From the UHGV virus genome UHGV-0060833: a DNA stretch of 64,000 bases. One strand, given 5' to 3'. Below are positions 42,995 to 55,491 of the stretch, piece after piece. The stretch's first letter is position 1; every line of letters begins with the position of its first letter. The notes under the pieces are model-generated. The model saw only the letters and a list, made by a program, of their open reading frames with translations, was not told the DNA's origin and ran no database searches. The DNA comes from a virus. A program made the translations under genes and the position numbers.

Positions 42995-43573
42995 GTGTTG
43001 CGCTTTACTGAGGAAGAGTTTCAGGCTTTTAGTGAGCGCCGAAATAAGGGGCGGTCCAGGCCAAAAACCAAAAAGGATCCATTCTTATCGCTTGCGCCGG
43101 TAAAAGAAGTTTCTCCACATGCGAAGGCACTTGCAGCACTGGCAAAGAACCCAGACCTGCGCGACGGAAATTGCGAGCACTTCGAGCAGGTTTTCATTTT
43201 TGATTACTTCGAACGCAAGCACCCTGACATCTATGAGCTGTTGCATGCAACGCCTAACGGAGGGAAACGTTCAAAAGCAACCGCCGGGAAAATGAAGGCT
43301 GAAGGGCAGAAAAAAGGTTATCCGGACATGAGTCTCGATAAAGCATGCGGTATTTATCACGGCATGCGAATTGAGCTTAAAGAACCAAATGGTAAAGCCC
43401 CGACGAAAGAGCAGATCGCCTGGATGCGCAGGCTTAGAGAGGAAGGTTACTACGTCGTTCTTGCGTATGGTGCAGAACAAGCGATAACCGCCATCCTGGA
43501 ATACATGAGCCTTAAAAAGGGTGAGGCTATTGAGCATGTATTGAACGGTGACAAGTGGTTGTATGCTGCGTGA
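42995..43573 (+). CDS. VRR-NUC-like nuclease (PD-(D/E)xK fold)
   Basis: 192 aa; GYPDMSL...MRIELKEPNG core. Confidence 0.5.
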   Translation: MLRFTEEEFQAFSERRNKGRSRPKTKKDPFLSLAPVKEVSPHAKALAALAKNPDLRDGNCEHFEQVFIFDYFERKHPDIYELLHATPNGGKRSKATAGKMKAEGQKKGYPDMSLDKACGIYHGMRIELKEPNGKAPTKEQIAWMRRLREEGYYVVLAYGAEQAITAILEYMSLKKGEAIEHVLNGDKWLYAA

Positions 43574-43736
43574 AATAATAAATTAATTAGTGCATGTGTG
43601 CTCTTTGATATAGCGCACATTAACATCGGGAGAATAATCGTGTCATCCAAGGCTAATTATGAATCGCTGGCATCGATCATGCCGCGTAATGAACAGGAAA
43701 CAGATGCTGTAGTGGACCCTGTAATCGCTGAAATGA

Positions 43737-44399
43737 ATGCTCGCCTGGAGGCTGAATTTGCAGCTGAGAATGAACATACCACCCAGGGCGACTAGGACTG
43801 TTTTTTGTGTCGGTAGCGGTCCGTCACTCACTCGTGAGGACTGTGCTGCTATAGAAAAAACTGGCTGTTCAATCATCGCGGTTAACAATTCCTGGCAGAT
43901 GTTCGATGACATTTATGCCTTATACGCCGGTGATTTGTCATGGTGGAAGCAATACGGATCCACCATACCGGGAGGGAGATTCCGCAAAGTGACAGCCAAC
44001 CTGGCGGCGGCGAAATCATTTTCGTTGGAGTACAGGCGATATTGTGGACCGGCGGAAGGGGTAAATAGCGGCGCGCAGGCTATCAGTCTGGCTGCTGAAT
44101 CAGGGGCTGAAGTAGTGGTATTAGTCGGCTATGACTGTTCTCTGCAAAACGGCCTTCATTGGCATGGCGCGCACCCTCAAGCCCTACGGAATCCAACGCA
44201 GGTGTCTATTTCAAAATGGCAACAGCAGTTCCTGGATACCCGCAAAAAACACGCAGATTTACATATTTTGAATGCAAGTAGGAGCAGTGCAATTCAATGT
44301 TTCCCAAGAATAAATTTAGAGGCAGTGATCGCGTTATTATCGTCGGCAGTGGCCCAAGCGCCGCAAACTTTGTTGCGCCGCGCGGAGTGCCGATTATAG
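43737..44399 (+). CDS. GxGPS Rossmann-like protein, paralogue 1 (MAF/GT42-like, tentative; start uncertain)
   Basis: VFCVGSGPSL...IIAVNN...NSGAQAISLA...VVLVGYD; 3' end overlaps the next gene by ~100 nt in another frame. Confidence 0.4.
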   Translation: MLAWRLNLQLRMNIPPRATRTVFCVGSGPSLTREDCAAIEKTGCSIIAVNNSWQMFDDIYALYAGDLSWWKQYGSTIPGGRFRKVTANLAAAKSFSLEYRRYCGPAEGVNSGAQAISLAAESGAEVVVLVGYDCSLQNGLHWHGAHPQALRNPTQVSISKWQQQFLDTRKKHADLHILNASRSSAIQCFPRINLEAVIALLSSAVAQAPQTLLRRAECRL

Positions 44400-44923
44400 C
44401 GGTCAATGGGGCCATCGACTGGCTTAACCGCGCTTCTTATTTTTTCACACTTGATCCATCGTCAGACAATATGCGGCGCGTTGGTCGTGGCCGCCGTCGC
44501 CGTGGTGTTTGTTATTGCATGGCACTACCCGATGTTAAAGAACGTGAAGTCAGAGACGGCGTTCTGTGCTTCCGTCGTGTGGCTGAACGTGGCATGGAGC
44601 CAAAAAATACGAATTCTCCCGAGTGGTGGGCGTGGCGCTGGTCCGCACATTTCGGACTTTGCGAAGATGAGAATGAAATTGCCAGCGGCAATAGTGCATA
44701 TGGCGCTCTGAACCTGGCTTTCCATATCGGATTCAAACATGTCGCCCTGGTGGGCGTTGACGCTACACAAGAACCACGCGTTCACTCCGGCGGCACGCCA
44801 AAAAATCTAAGTCACCTGCCTTTGTTATTCCAGTCTGCGCGTGAACGGATTGACGTTGTTTCATGCGGGAAAATGGGAGGTATTCCGCAGATGACTCTTA
44901 AAGAATGGCTGAAGAATACATGA
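44297..44923 (+). CDS. GxGPS Rossmann-like protein, paralogue 2
   Basis: [10 protein letters not shown]...IIAVNG...[10 protein letters not shown]...VALVGVD, the same motif order as paralogue 1. Confidence 0.45.
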   Translation: MFPKNKFRGSDRVIIVGSGPSAANFVAPRGVPIIAVNGAIDWLNRASYFFTLDPSSDNMRRVGRGRRRRGVCYCMALPDVKEREVRDGVLCFRRVAERGMEPKNTNSPEWWAWRWSAHFGLCEDENEIASGNSAYGALNLAFHIGFKHVALVGVDATQEPRVHSGGTPKNLSHLPLLFQSARERIDVVSCGKMGGIPQMTLKEWLKNT

Positions 44924-45597
44924 TGGCACCCACAATTTATCACCGTATCGACGGTACCAAATACAGGAATGTCTGGGTTGTTGGTGATCTGCATGGTTGC
45001 TACACCAGACTGATGTCCGAACTCCATCGTGTGGATTTTGACCCGGCGCAGGATTTACTGATATCGGTCGGCGACCTTATCGATCGCGGTACTGAAAATG
45101 TCGAATGTCTGGAACTATTGCAGATGCCCTGGTTCAGGGCAGTGATGGGGAACCATGAGCGGCTGATGATTGATGCGTTAAGTCCAGATGGCAACGTGAA
45201 TAACTGGCTAATGAATGGCGGACAATGGTTCTTCATGCTGGACACTGATCAGGAAATATTAGCCTGGGCGCTGGTGGAGCTGGTAAAGCGTCTGCCCTAT
45301 ATCATTGAGTTGAACACCGGGCAAGAAACTATCGTTATAGCCCATGCCGACTATCCGGATAATGAATACCAATTCGGTAAGGAGGTGCCGCTTTTCAACG
45401 TTGTCTGGGCGCGCGAGCGTATCAGTGATTCGATGGATGATATTGGTGGCGAAATTTCGGGCGCAGATCGTTTTATCTTTGGTCACACTCCGGTGAAAAG
45501 CCCGAAGACATTCTGGAATCAGCAGTATATCGACACTGGTGCCGTATTTTGCGGAAACCTGACATTGATGAAAGTGAAAGGTGATGGTGCAGCATGA
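44905..45597 (+). CDS. ppp: Ser/Thr protein phosphatase (calcineurin-like metallophosphatase)
   Basis: 230 aa; motifs GDLHG, GDLIDRG, GNHE. Confidence 0.8.
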   Translation: MAEEYMMAPTIYHRIDGTKYRNVWVVGDLHGCYTRLMSELHRVDFDPAQDLLISVGDLIDRGTENVECLELLQMPWFRAVMGNHERLMIDALSPDGNVNNWLMNGGQWFFMLDTDQEILAWALVELVKRLPYIIELNTGQETIVIAHADYPDNEYQFGKEVPLFNVVWARERISDSMDDIGGEISGADRFIFGHTPVKSPKTFWNQQYIDTGAVFCGNLTLMKVKGDGAA

Positions 45598-46295
45598 AGA
45601 TTGCTTTAGTTTTTCGCTCTGGTGGTGACTATAACGCTTCCGATGTGCAGTGGCTGGTTAATCAACTGCCAAAAGGCTATGAAATTATTTGCCTGACAGA
45701 CCTGAAGCGTTTACATGTACCTGGCGTCAAAGTTGTCCCATTGATCAACCAGTGGCAAAAGTGCCGTGGCTGGTGGGCGAAAATCGAGTTGTTCCGACCG
45801 GATATAACCGATGATCTGTTCTATCTGGATTTGGACACGGTTATTGCCGGTGATATACGCCCAATCCTAGAGCATCCACCAACCAGCTTCACCATGCTTA
45901 GGGATTTTTACCATCCACAATATCGTGGCAGCGGTGCCCTGTGGATACCAAATAGTGTTAAAGCGCATATCTGGAGTTCATTCTGGCAAGATCCGGAAGG
46001 TTGGATTTCTCGTTGTGTCACTACTGAGTGTTGGGGTGACCAGGGGTTCTTACGAAAGGTTATGGGCGATGATACACCAGCATTTCAGGATCTGTATCCA
46101 GGATGGTTTGTAAGTTACAAGGCCGATGTTGTGGAACCTGGTTCAAAATATGCGAGCGCGCGTTACTCCAGGGGGAATGGGGCATTACCAAAAGACTGCC
46201 GAATAATCTTTTTCCACGGCAAACCGCGACCTCGCGAAGTGTCAGAGGATTGGCTTCCCCTTATCAGCTCATTTTTTGAGCGAGAATCAGAATAA
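45594..46295 (+). CDS. Glycosyltransferase-like protein (DxD-type, tentative)
   Basis: 233 aa; FYLDLDTV segment; coupled to ppp by a 4-nt overlap. Confidence 0.4.
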   Translation: MKIALVFRSGGDYNASDVQWLVNQLPKGYEIICLTDLKRLHVPGVKVVPLINQWQKCRGWWAKIELFRPDITDDLFYLDLDTVIAGDIRPILEHPPTSFTMLRDFYHPQYRGSGALWIPNSVKAHIWSSFWQDPEGWISRCVTTECWGDQGFLRKVMGDDTPAFQDLYPGWFVSYKADVVEPGSKYASARYSRGNGALPKDCRIIFFHGKPRPREVSEDWLPLISSFFERESE

Positions 46296-46296
46296 T

Positions 46297-46313
46297 ATTG
46301 CTCTAATAATTCC
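46297..46313 (+). promoter_or_regulatory. C1 operator-like site
   Basis: attgctctaataattcc, 14/17 match. Confidence 0.55.
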
Positions 46314-46321
46314 GTATTTTT

Positions 46322-46352
46322 AAAACGTGATGTACACTCATCACGTTTTTTA
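46322..46352. terminator. Bidirectional terminator flanked by two inverted operator copies
   Basis: aaaacgtgatg-tacact-catcacgtttttt. Confidence 0.65.
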
Positions 46353-46362
46353 TTAGAGCAAT
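46346..46362 (-). promoter_or_regulatory. C1 operator-like site (inverted)
   Basis: ttattagagcaat is the reverse complement of the ATTGCTCTAATAA core. Confidence 0.55.
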
Positions 46363-46376
46363 ATACAAGGTGCACT

Positions 46377-46595
46377 ATGTGGCCATTCCGACGGAAATAT
46401 CACTACTGGCTGATCGCCTTTGTTACGCCGACCGGCGGTATCAGGCATGTCATCACCAGGTATCGCAACAAGAGACTCACCTTAGCCAGAATTTTACAGG
46501 CTGCCATAGGTGAGGGACTGGATACAAATTGCGTAGTCCTTCCTCCTTCATACTTAGGAAAAATGACCGAAGCACAAGCTAATACGGAACTTTGA
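46377..46595 (+). CDS. Hypothetical small protein
   Basis: 72-aa ORF immediately before and coupled to the 420-aa gene. Confidence 0.4.
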   Translation: MWPFRRKYHYWLIAFVTPTGGIRHVITRYRNKRLTLARILQAAIGEGLDTNCVVLPPSYLGKMTEAQANTEL

Positions 46596-46596
46596 A

Positions 46597-47859
46597 ATGA
46601 TCACTTCAGCACAAAACCAATCAATCGAAAATGTATCTATCCCTGACGTCCTGAATGCCGGTATCCCGGCCATTATCCAGAACATCCGGGCCGCGCAACG
46701 CCGCGTTAGTTGTGATGACCTCACAGCGCGTTTTTTTGATAATGCGGTTCAGTCAGCGGAGATGCTTCACGCACAGCTTATTGATGTTTATAACGCAGAA
46801 GCTGATAGCCATAACTCCCTGGTAGATGCAGCTGAAAATATGCAGTTGGATCTCGGTCTGAAGGATAAAGAAATTGAAGAGCTTCAGCTGCAAATTGAAC
46901 ATTTGAAACGCCAGCAACAGGACGCGATCGACGATGCGACGCATGACGCCAACCAGCGTGCTGATAATGCCGAACGTATAAGCATTGAGCTGGAAACAAA
47001 ACTCAATGAAATGACCGCGATGCTTGAACTGCGGAACTCACAGATTTCAACGCTAAAATCTCAATATAAAGAGATCATGAAACTTGATCCTTTTAACCTT
47101 GAGAAACGCTATAACAAAGCTAAAAGCGAGCGACAGGAACTGCGTAAGCAGGTCGCCGACCTTAACCAACAGCTCAAAAAAACTATTAAAGATGCAAGCG
47201 AAGCGCGCGTGGCATTTGCTAATAAAAAAGCAGAGGTTACCGCGCTGGTTAATGAGAATGCCAAATTTGCGACGCTCAAGAAGGAAATGTATGGCATTAC
47301 TGAGCACCGTTTCCCTGCAAGCAAACTTCATCCGACGTTAGGGCAAATCTCCTTCTTCCCGCGTCTCCTGGCTTATGGGATCTCATCGCCTAAAGAGTTC
47401 AATAACGAGCGTCCTTATATCGTTTCTAAGCTGGACTTTGCTTATCAGTTCTGCTGCGACATGGGCTATGCCATTGATATCCGAATCAACGAATGGTTGA
47501 TGCCAAACTTCCAGCCGTTGGCAATTTTCCGCGAGTTCCAGCCGGAAGGTTGGGTAGAGTTCTTCCATGAATTGATCTGTAAAGAGATGGAAAGCCGCCG
47601 CCCGGAACTGGTCCGCCGTGTCGAGTGGGCGCAAGAGGTTATGTTGGCAGATGCAGAGCTGCCGTTCGAACCGGAATTCATTGATGATCTGGCAACTAAA
47701 GGGCTGCATACCCTGTTTGATGTGGTTACCCGCCGTCATGAGCAGTTGGTTGTCGAATTGGGTTTAGAGGAAACTGCGGCAAGAAGACTTCTCGATGTTT
47801 GCTATGCACGTAGCGATGCATGGGAAAAAGAGAACGGCGGCACTATTTACGTTCGCTGA
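46597..47859 (+). CDS. Coiled-coil protein with unknown C-terminal domain
   Basis: 420 aa; residues ~60-230 heptad-rich; terminator follows. Confidence 0.5.
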   Translation: MITSAQNQSIENVSIPDVLNAGIPAIIQNIRAAQRRVSCDDLTARFFDNAVQSAEMLHAQLIDVYNAEADSHNSLVDAAENMQLDLGLKDKEIEELQLQIEHLKRQQQDAIDDATHDANQRADNAERISIELETKLNEMTAMLELRNSQISTLKSQYKEIMKLDPFNLEKRYNKAKSERQELRKQVADLNQQLKKTIKDASEARVAFANKKAEVTALVNENAKFATLKKEMYGITEHRFPASKLHPTLGQISFFPRLLAYGISSPKEFNNERPYIVSKLDFAYQFCCDMGYAIDIRINEWLMPNFQPLAIFREFQPEGWVEFFHELICKEMESRRPELVRRVEWAQEVMLADAELPFEPEFIDDLATKGLHTLFDVVTRRHEQLVVELGLEETAARRLLDVCYARSDAWEKENGGTIYVR

Positions 47860-47881
47860 TAGTTACAGTGTCACTTTTAAT

Positions 47882-47913
47882 GCTGGTGGAGTGCGTCCCA
47901 CCAGCATTTTTTT
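47882..47913 (+). terminator. Intrinsic terminator
   Basis: gctggtgg-agtgcgtc-ccaccagc followed by attttttt. Confidence 0.7.
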
Positions 47914-47932
47914 CGTCCAATGAGGAGGGCAT

Positions 47933-48439
47933 TTGAGTATTTTCAATAAACACGCACACCAGGAACGTCCGTATATCGTCATAGTCGATATTGATGGAAC
48001 AATATCAGAGGCAACTGAAGACAGACTGCATTTGCTTCCGCCACCAGGTAAAGGTGCATTAACAAAGGACTGGAACGAGTTTAATCTCGCCTGTGACACC
48101 GATACTCCCATCACTCCAGTTATTGATATGGTGCGCCAGTTATTTAACGTTTACACGGTCTGGTTTGTAACCGGGCGCTGTGAGATCGCAAGGGATAAAA
48201 CACGAGCTTGGCTGCGGAAATACGTAACAAACGGGGCTGAGCCTTTGCTATCTATGCGTCCTGCCACCGATGACAGAAATGACGGCCCAGCAAAGATTGA
48301 TCTCCTTAAGAAAATTGGTCTAAGTAAAATCGCGTTCGCGCTGGAAGATAAGATTGAAGTGGCGCGTGTTTTCAGGAGTCACGGCGTACTTACGTTAATG
48401 GTCAGGGAGTATGAAAACGCGCTTCTCCATCAACAATAA
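47933..48439 (+). CDS. HAD-superfamily phosphatase-like protein
   Basis: TTG start after gaggag; IVDIDGT (DxDGT) nucleophile motif; 168 aa. Confidence 0.55.
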   Translation: MSIFNKHAHQERPYIVIVDIDGTISEATEDRLHLLPPPGKGALTKDWNEFNLACDTDTPITPVIDMVRQLFNVYTVWFVTGRCEIARDKTRAWLRKYVTNGAEPLLSMRPATDDRNDGPAKIDLLKKIGLSKIAFALEDKIEVARVFRSHGVLTLMVREYENALLHQQ

Positions 48440-48455
48440 TTGCTCTAATAAATCT
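48439..48455 (+). promoter_or_regulatory. C1 operator-like site overlapping the HAD gene stop
   Basis: attgctctaataaatct, 16/17 match. Confidence 0.6.
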
Positions 48456-48536
48456 TGATTTTTAAAACAGAGAAAGTGAAAATAAAAACATGCCGCAAGG
48501 CGCGGCATGTATCCAATCAATCACTGGAGCTGAAAA

Positions 48537-48626
48537 TATGAACACGGCATTCAAAATCATTATGGCCACGATCTATTTCTGGCTGTTCTCTATCACTTTT
48601 GGCGGCATCGTCGCGCATGGGTAAGG
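48537..48626 (+). CDS. 29-codon hydrophobic peptide (candidate small membrane protein)
   Basis: MNTAFKIIMATIYFWLFSITFGGIVAHG; ribosome-binding site ggag 8 nt upstream; 8-bp hairpin in the leader (48491-48511). Confidence 0.35.
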
Positions 48627-48703
48627 GGAGTATATTAGCCATTTGGAACCCCACGATCTCTTGCGGGTTTAATAAAGAACCCGCAAGAAAAACACGAATT
48701 GGG

Positions 48704-51700
48704 CTATATTTTTCCGCCTACCCCTTTAAACTTCTCAATAAACGAGACGATTTTCTGGAAAACTGCCTGTTTTTTCGTTTTATATTGCGGATTCAACGGA
48801 CTAAGTTTTGGTAATGTTTCGTTTAATTCTGTGCCATTTTCGGTGGCGTATTCGCGTTTTAAAGACGTGCGAATATAGCGTTTTGCTGCTTCTTCATTGA
48901 GATTTTCTTCTTTTATCAATGCTTCTGCCTCACGTTGCTGTTCGCGTTGAGCAAACGTAAAGAATGCGTCAATGATGCTGGCTTTGTCCGGTAAGTCATC
49001 CAGGTTCGTTTGCTGAATAAAGTCGATCACCAGGCCCTCTTTAGCACGGTTCCCCAGGCTTGAACGAATTAAGCGTTTGACCTCTTCGATCATTTCGCCT
49101 TTGCCTTTATTTTGTCTGTTGTGTTCGAAAATCAGTCCAAGGATATAATCCAGGTTTATTTCCTGAGACTTCAACAAATCGACCTCAAAAACTACGTCAT
49201 CCCAGTCAGTGGTTGATTTATCTTTTTTCTCAGCTTCTTTCTCACGGCGCTGCCAGTCACGAATATCGTTATAGGCAGAACGATAATCCTGAATCTTGCG
49301 TTCAGCAGGGAGACGAATCATTTGCAATTCAGCGAACTTTTCATCATCCACATAATGTTCTGCTTTGAATTTTTCTACCGCAACAGGATCGCTAAGATCG
49401 ATTTGTTGCAGGGCTTTCAGCGTGGCAAATTCATCATAGTTTTGCAGGATGTTCTCGGCACGCAGGTATTCACCAAACAGTTTAACGAAGTCTTTCTTCT
49501 CTTTTTCACTTTCAATACTGGCAGGGTCAGGGAACCGTTGTTCCAGTTCTGAAACTATTGCCATAAAGCCGCGCTTAGCTTCACCAGTGGCAGCATCAGT
49601 AAAGCCTTCCATATACTCTGCATAACTCTTTTCTAACACCACATTTTTGGTATTTTTATCACCAAACAGCGTTATGGCATCAATGGTTGAGCGTTCCAGA
49701 TCCCGGAAAGTGACGATGTTACCGAAGGTTTTAGTAGCGTCATAAATGCGGTTTGTGCGGGAGAATGCCTGCATCAGGCCGTGAAAACGCAAGTTTTTAT
49801 CGACGAATAGCGTGTTCAATGTTGGAGCGTCGAAGCCGGTTAAAAACATCCCAACGACAATTAACAGATCGATATCCTGATTTTTAACCCGTTGGGCTAA
49901 ATCACGATAGTAGTTCTGAAAACCGTTACTGTCGGTGCTGAAGTTAGTTTTAAAATAGCTGTTATACTCACGAATTGCAGCGTCAAGAAACTCTTTAGCA
50001 CTGCTGTCCATTGCGCTGGTATCAAAAGTTTCATCGGAAATTTCACCAATGGCATTTTGTTCTTCATTGGCGGCAAAGGAGAAGATTGTTGCAACACGCA
50101 GCGGTTTATAGGTAGCCGATTTATTAGCTGCTTCCTCTTGTAACCGTTTAAACGTCGCGTAATAGGCTTTCGCGGCATCCACGCTACTCACTGCCAGCAT
50201 GGCATTAAAGCCTTTGGAACCTGGGAAAGTACGGTGGGTCTTCTGGCGGAAGTTATTCAGAATATATTGCGTAATTTCCTGTATACGCATGGGATGAAGA
50301 AACGCCTGCTGATTTTCAGCCGCACTCAGTTTTTTCTCGTCAGTTTCTGTCTCTAAAGACTTAAACTGTGGCCGCACATCGTTGTAGTCCACCTTGAATT
50401 TGAGCACTTTTTCGTCACGAATCGCATCGGTAATTACATACGAATGCAATTCACGACCAAATACGCTGGCGGTTGTTTCTGAGCCTAAGGCGTTTTCCGG
50501 GAAAATAGGGGTGCCGGTAAAACCAAACTGATAATAGCGTTTGAATTTCTTCTTCAGGTTTTTCTGCGCTTCTCCAAACTGGCTGCGGTGGCATTCATCA
50601 AATATAAACACCACTTGCTGATTATATACAGGCAGGTCGCTTTCTGCTTTCATCAGGTTATTGAGTTTCTGAATAGTAGTGACGATAATTTTGTTATCGT
50701 CCTTATCCAGATTTCGTTTAAGGCCTGCGGTATTTTCCGAGCCGTTGACGCTGTCTGGCGAAAAACGCTGATATTCCTTCATGGTCTGGTAATCGAGGTC
50801 TTTCCTGTCGACCACGAAGAAGACTTTATCAATAAAGTCCAGCTCTGTTGCCAGACGCGCGGCTTTAAAGCTGGTCAGGGTTTTACCGGAACCCGTGGTG
50901 TGCCAGATATACCCACCGCTTTCCGGTTTTGACCAGTTCTTCGCTGTAAAGGAGCTCTTAATTTTCCACAGAATGCGCTCGGTGGCAGCAATCTGGTACG
51001 GTCGCATCACCAGTAGCGTCTGACTACTGTCAAAAACGCTGTAGTTCACCAGAACATTCAGCAGAGTATGTTTCTGGAAAAAGGTGGCGGTAAAGTCTTT
51101 GAGGTCTTTAATCAGCGTGTTGTCTGATTTCGCCCAATTCATGGTGAAGTCAAAACTGTTTTTATCGCGCTTTGTGGTGTTGGCAAAGTAACGGGTATCG
51201 GTGCCGTTAGAAATGACAAACAGTTGCAGATACTTAAACAGGGAATTTTCGCTGTTAAAACTCTCTTTGCTGTAACGATGTATCTGGTTGAAGGCCTCAC
51301 GAATCGCTACACCGCGTTTTTTCAATTCAATTTGTACCAGCGGCAGGCCATTGACCAGAATGGTGACATCGTAGCGATTGGCGTGAGAGCCTGCCTGTTC
51401 AAACTGCTGGATAATCTGCACTTTATTGCGCATGAGATTCTTTTTATCTATCAAATAGATGTTCTCAAGACGCCCGTCATCAAAAATAAAGTCGCAAATA
51501 TAATCGATATGGATTTTACGGGTCTTATCCAGAATACCATCACTCGGGTTGTCCAGATACTGCTCCGTGAAACGCCGCCACTCGCTGTCATTAAACACCA
51601 CACCATTGAGGTTCTGAAGCTGTTCCCGAACATTGGCCAGCATCGCTGACTGTGATTTTACGGATATAAATTCATAGCCCTGATTTCGCAGGTCCTGAAT

Positions 51701-51820
51701 CAGTTCCCGTTCCAGGTCCGATTCGCTCTGATAGCTGTCGCCTGTTTGCTCAGCTTTGATGTACTTATCAAGAACGATAAAGTTATTGGATTCAGCAATG
51801 GTGTGTGTTTGATGAGTCAT
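48704..51820 (-). CDS. hsdR: Type I restriction enzyme R subunit (EcoR124-like, type IC)
   Basis: 1038 aa; helicase motifs including DECHR ([11 protein letters not shown]); separate from hsdMS by a 121-bp gap, consistent with its own promoter. Confidence 0.9.
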   Translation of the reverse strand: MTHQTHTIAESNNFIVLDKYIKAEQTGDSYQSESDLERELIQDLRNQGYEFISVKSQSAMLANVREQLQNLNGVVFNDSEWRRFTEQYLDNPSDGILDKTRKIHIDYICDFIFDDGRLENIYLIDKKNLMRNKVQIIQQFEQAGSHANRYDVTILVNGLPLVQIELKKRGVAIREAFNQIHRYSKESFNSENSLFKYLQLFVISNGTDTRYFANTTKRDKNSFDFTMNWAKSDNTLIKDLKDFTATFFQKHTLLNVLVNYSVFDSSQTLLVMRPYQIAATERILWKIKSSFTAKNWSKPESGGYIWHTTGSGKTLTSFKAARLATELDFIDKVFFVVDRKDLDYQTMKEYQRFSPDSVNGSENTAGLKRNLDKDDNKIIVTTIQKLNNLMKAESDLPVYNQQVVFIFDECHRSQFGEAQKNLKKKFKRYYQFGFTGTPIFPENALGSETTASVFGRELHSYVITDAIRDEKVLKFKVDYNDVRPQFKSLETETDEKKLSAAENQQAFLHPMRIQEITQYILNNFRQKTHRTFPGSKGFNAMLAVSSVDAAKAYYATFKRLQEEAANKSATYKPLRVATIFSFAANEEQNAIGEISDETFDTSAMDSSAKEFLDAAIREYNSYFKTNFSTDSNGFQNYYRDLAQRVKNQDIDLLIVVGMFLTGFDAPTLNTLFVDKNLRFHGLMQAFSRTNRIYDATKTFGNIVTFRDLERSTIDAITLFGDKNTKNVVLEKSYAEYMEGFTDAATGEAKRGFMAIVSELEQRFPDPASIESEKEKKDFVKLFGEYLRAENILQNYDEFATLKALQQIDLSDPVAVEKFKAEHYVDDEKFAELQMIRLPAERKIQDYRSAYNDIRDWQRREKEAEKKDKSTTDWDDVVFEVDLLKSQEINLDYILGLIFEHNRQNKGKGEMIEEVKRLIRSSLGNRAKEGLVIDFIQQTNLDDLPDKASIIDAFFTFAQREQQREAEALIKEENLNEEAAKRYIRTSLKREYATENGTELNETLPKLSPLNPQYKTKKQAVFQKIVSFIEKFKGVGGKI

Positions 51821-51941
51821 AGCGCATCCTTTGTGCCGTCTGGCAAGGGCCGGAAGGGCGTTAATGGTGACTTCCAGCGTGTAAAAAATAGTCTATATAC
51901 TGACCGGGTGTTAAGGTGGCCCGGTCGGTAGCAATGGTCAA

Positions 51942-53146
<1,205 letters not shown>

Positions 53147-53150
<4 letters not shown>

Positions 53151-54709
53151 TTCTGCACCTCGCAGCCTTCAATTTCAGCCACAATCGCATCAATATCTTT
53201 GCGCAATTGGTCGATTTTGCTGACGGTGGTTTTCAGTTCGGCATTCAGTTCAGTGATATCTACAACTTCGCGGGTATCTTTGGCTTCCACATAGCTGCTT
53301 ACCGACAGGTTATAGTCATTCGCGACAACAGTCTCAAACGCAACAGATTTCGCCAGATGAGCAACATCTTCCTTGCTGGCAAATACCTGCATAATTTTTT
53401 CTATATGGGCATCGGTCAGGATATTGTTGTTAGTCTCTTTTTTGAACAGTTCGCTGGCGTCAATAAACTGAACGTTGGTATCCGTTTTATGTTTAGACAG
53501 AACCAGAATGTTTACGGCAATGGTGGTGCCAAAGAACAGGTTCGGTGCCAGTGAAATCACGGTTTCGACATAGTTATTGTCGACCAGATACTGACGGATT
53601 TTCTGCTCCGCGCCGCCACGGTAAAAAATGCCCGGGAAGCAGACAATCGCAGCACGACCTTTGGCAGAAAGATAGTTCAGCGCATGTAATACAAACGCAA
53701 AGTCAGCTTTGGATTTGGGGGCCAGAACGCCAGCCGGGGCAAAACGTTCATCGTTAATCAGCGTCGGGTCATCGCTGCCAATCCATTTCACCGAATACGG
53801 CGGGTTAGAAACGATGGCATCAAACGGTTTTTCATCTCTGAAGTGCGGCTCAGTCAGCGTATTGCCCAGCTTGATATCAAACTTGTCGTAGTTGATGTTG
53901 TGCAAAAACATGTTCATACGCGCCAGGTTATAGGTCGTATGGTTGATTTCCTGACCAAAAAAACCTTCTTCGATGATATGGTTATCAAACTGTTTTTTCG
54001 CCTGCAACAACAGCGAACCGGAACCTGCTGCCGGGTCGTAGATTTTGTTAACGTGGGCCTGGCCGTGCATTGCCAGTTGTGCAATCAGCTTAGAGACGTG
54101 CTGCGGTGTAAAGAACTCGCCGCCTGACTTACCGGCATTCGCGGCATAGTTAGAAATCAGGAACTCATAGGCATCGCCGAACAGGTCAATCTGATGTTCG
54201 TTAAAGTCGCCAAGCTTTAACCCTTCAACCCCTTTCAGAACCGCGGCCAGGCGGGCATTTTTATCCTTAACGGTGTTACCCAGGCGGTTACTGGTGGTAT
54301 CGAAATCAGCAAACAAACCTTTGATGTCAGCTTCTGAAGGGTAACCGTAAGCAGAACTTTCGATAGCAACGAAGATGCTGTTTAAATCCGCATTCAGTCT
54401 GTCATTGGTATTTGCTTTCGCAGCTACGTTGCAGAAAAGCTGACTGGGGTAGATGAAGTAGCCTTTAGTTTTGATGGCATCGTCTTTAATGTCATCAGTA
54501 ATTACGCTGTCATCCAGTTTCGCATAACAGATACTGTCATCACCGGCTTCCATATGGCTGGAAAAATTTTCGCTGATAAAACGGTAGAAAAGTGCGCCCA
54601 GAACGTATTGCTTAAAATCCCATCCATCGACCGAACCCCTGACATCGTTAGCAATTTGCCAGATTTGACGATGAAGCTCTGCACGTTGTTGAATACTTGT
54701 CATTTTCAT
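53147..54709 (-). CDS. hsdM: Type I N6-adenine DNA methyltransferase M subunit
   Basis: 520 aa; NPPY motif ([11 protein letters not shown]). Confidence 0.9.
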
Positions 54710-54854
54710 CCACTTATTTCAGGCTTATGTAATTGGCGGTGATTCTACAGCAACTTGGATGCTTTAGCAGTTCGGACATTAGGCTACGAATGATCTGCCT
54801 AGAGGTTTGTTAAGCCGCAAAGTGCTGGTGCTTTATGCCTGTGAAGTTTATAAT

Positions 54855-54878
54855 TGTGTACACATAACGAGTACACGA
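54855..54878 (+). promoter_or_regulatory. phd-doc operator/promoter palindromes
   Basis: tgtgtacaca and gagtacac palindromic half-sites immediately upstream of phd. Confidence 0.5.
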
Positions 54879-54885
54879 GGTGTTT

Positions 54886-55107
54886 ATGCAATCCATTAAC
54901 TTCCGTACCGCGCGCGGCAACCTTTCTGAAGTGCTCAACAATGTTGAAGCCGGGGAAGAGGTTGAAATCACCCGCAGAGGCCGTGAGCCAGCAGTAATTG
55001 TCAGCAAGGCTACTTTCGAAGCCTACAAAAAAGCGGCGCTGGATGCTGAATTTGCATCCCTGTTTGACACCCTGGACTCCACCAACAAGGAACTGGTTAA
55101 CCGATAA
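54886..55107 (+). CDS. phd: Phd antitoxin
   Basis: 73 aa, [49 protein letters not shown]..., recognised as P1 Phd. Confidence 0.9.
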
Positions 55108-55487
55108 TGAGGCATATATCACCGGAAGAACTTATTGCGCTTCATGATGCGAATATAAGCCGCTACGGCGGCCTGCCGGGAATGTCAGATCCGGGTAGGG
55201 CAGAGGCCATTATCGGGAGAGTTCAGGCCAGAGTTGCCTACGAAGAGATCACCGACCTTTTCGAAGTCTCCGCCACCTACCTGGTGGCTACAGCGAGAGG
55301 GCATATATTCAATGATGCCAATAAGCGTACTGCGCTAAACAGTGCGCTGCTATTTCTACGCCGTAACGGGGTGCAGGTATTTGATTCACCTGAACTGGCA
55401 GACCTTACTGTAGGCGCTGCAACTGGCGAGATATCTGTATCTTCTGTCGCCGACACGTTACGTAGATTGTATGGTTCTGCGGAGTAG
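55107..55487 (+). CDS. doc: Doc toxin (Fic-fold kinase)
   Basis: 126 aa; [11 protein letters not shown] Fic-type motif; ATG overlaps the phd stop. Confidence 0.9.
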
Positions 55488-55491
55488 ATTA

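Noticed and set aside
43571-43600. Possible full C1 operator (aataataaattaattagtgcat)
   Set aside because: Only a partial match in either orientation. Kept only as a related motif mentioned under the operator-network finding.
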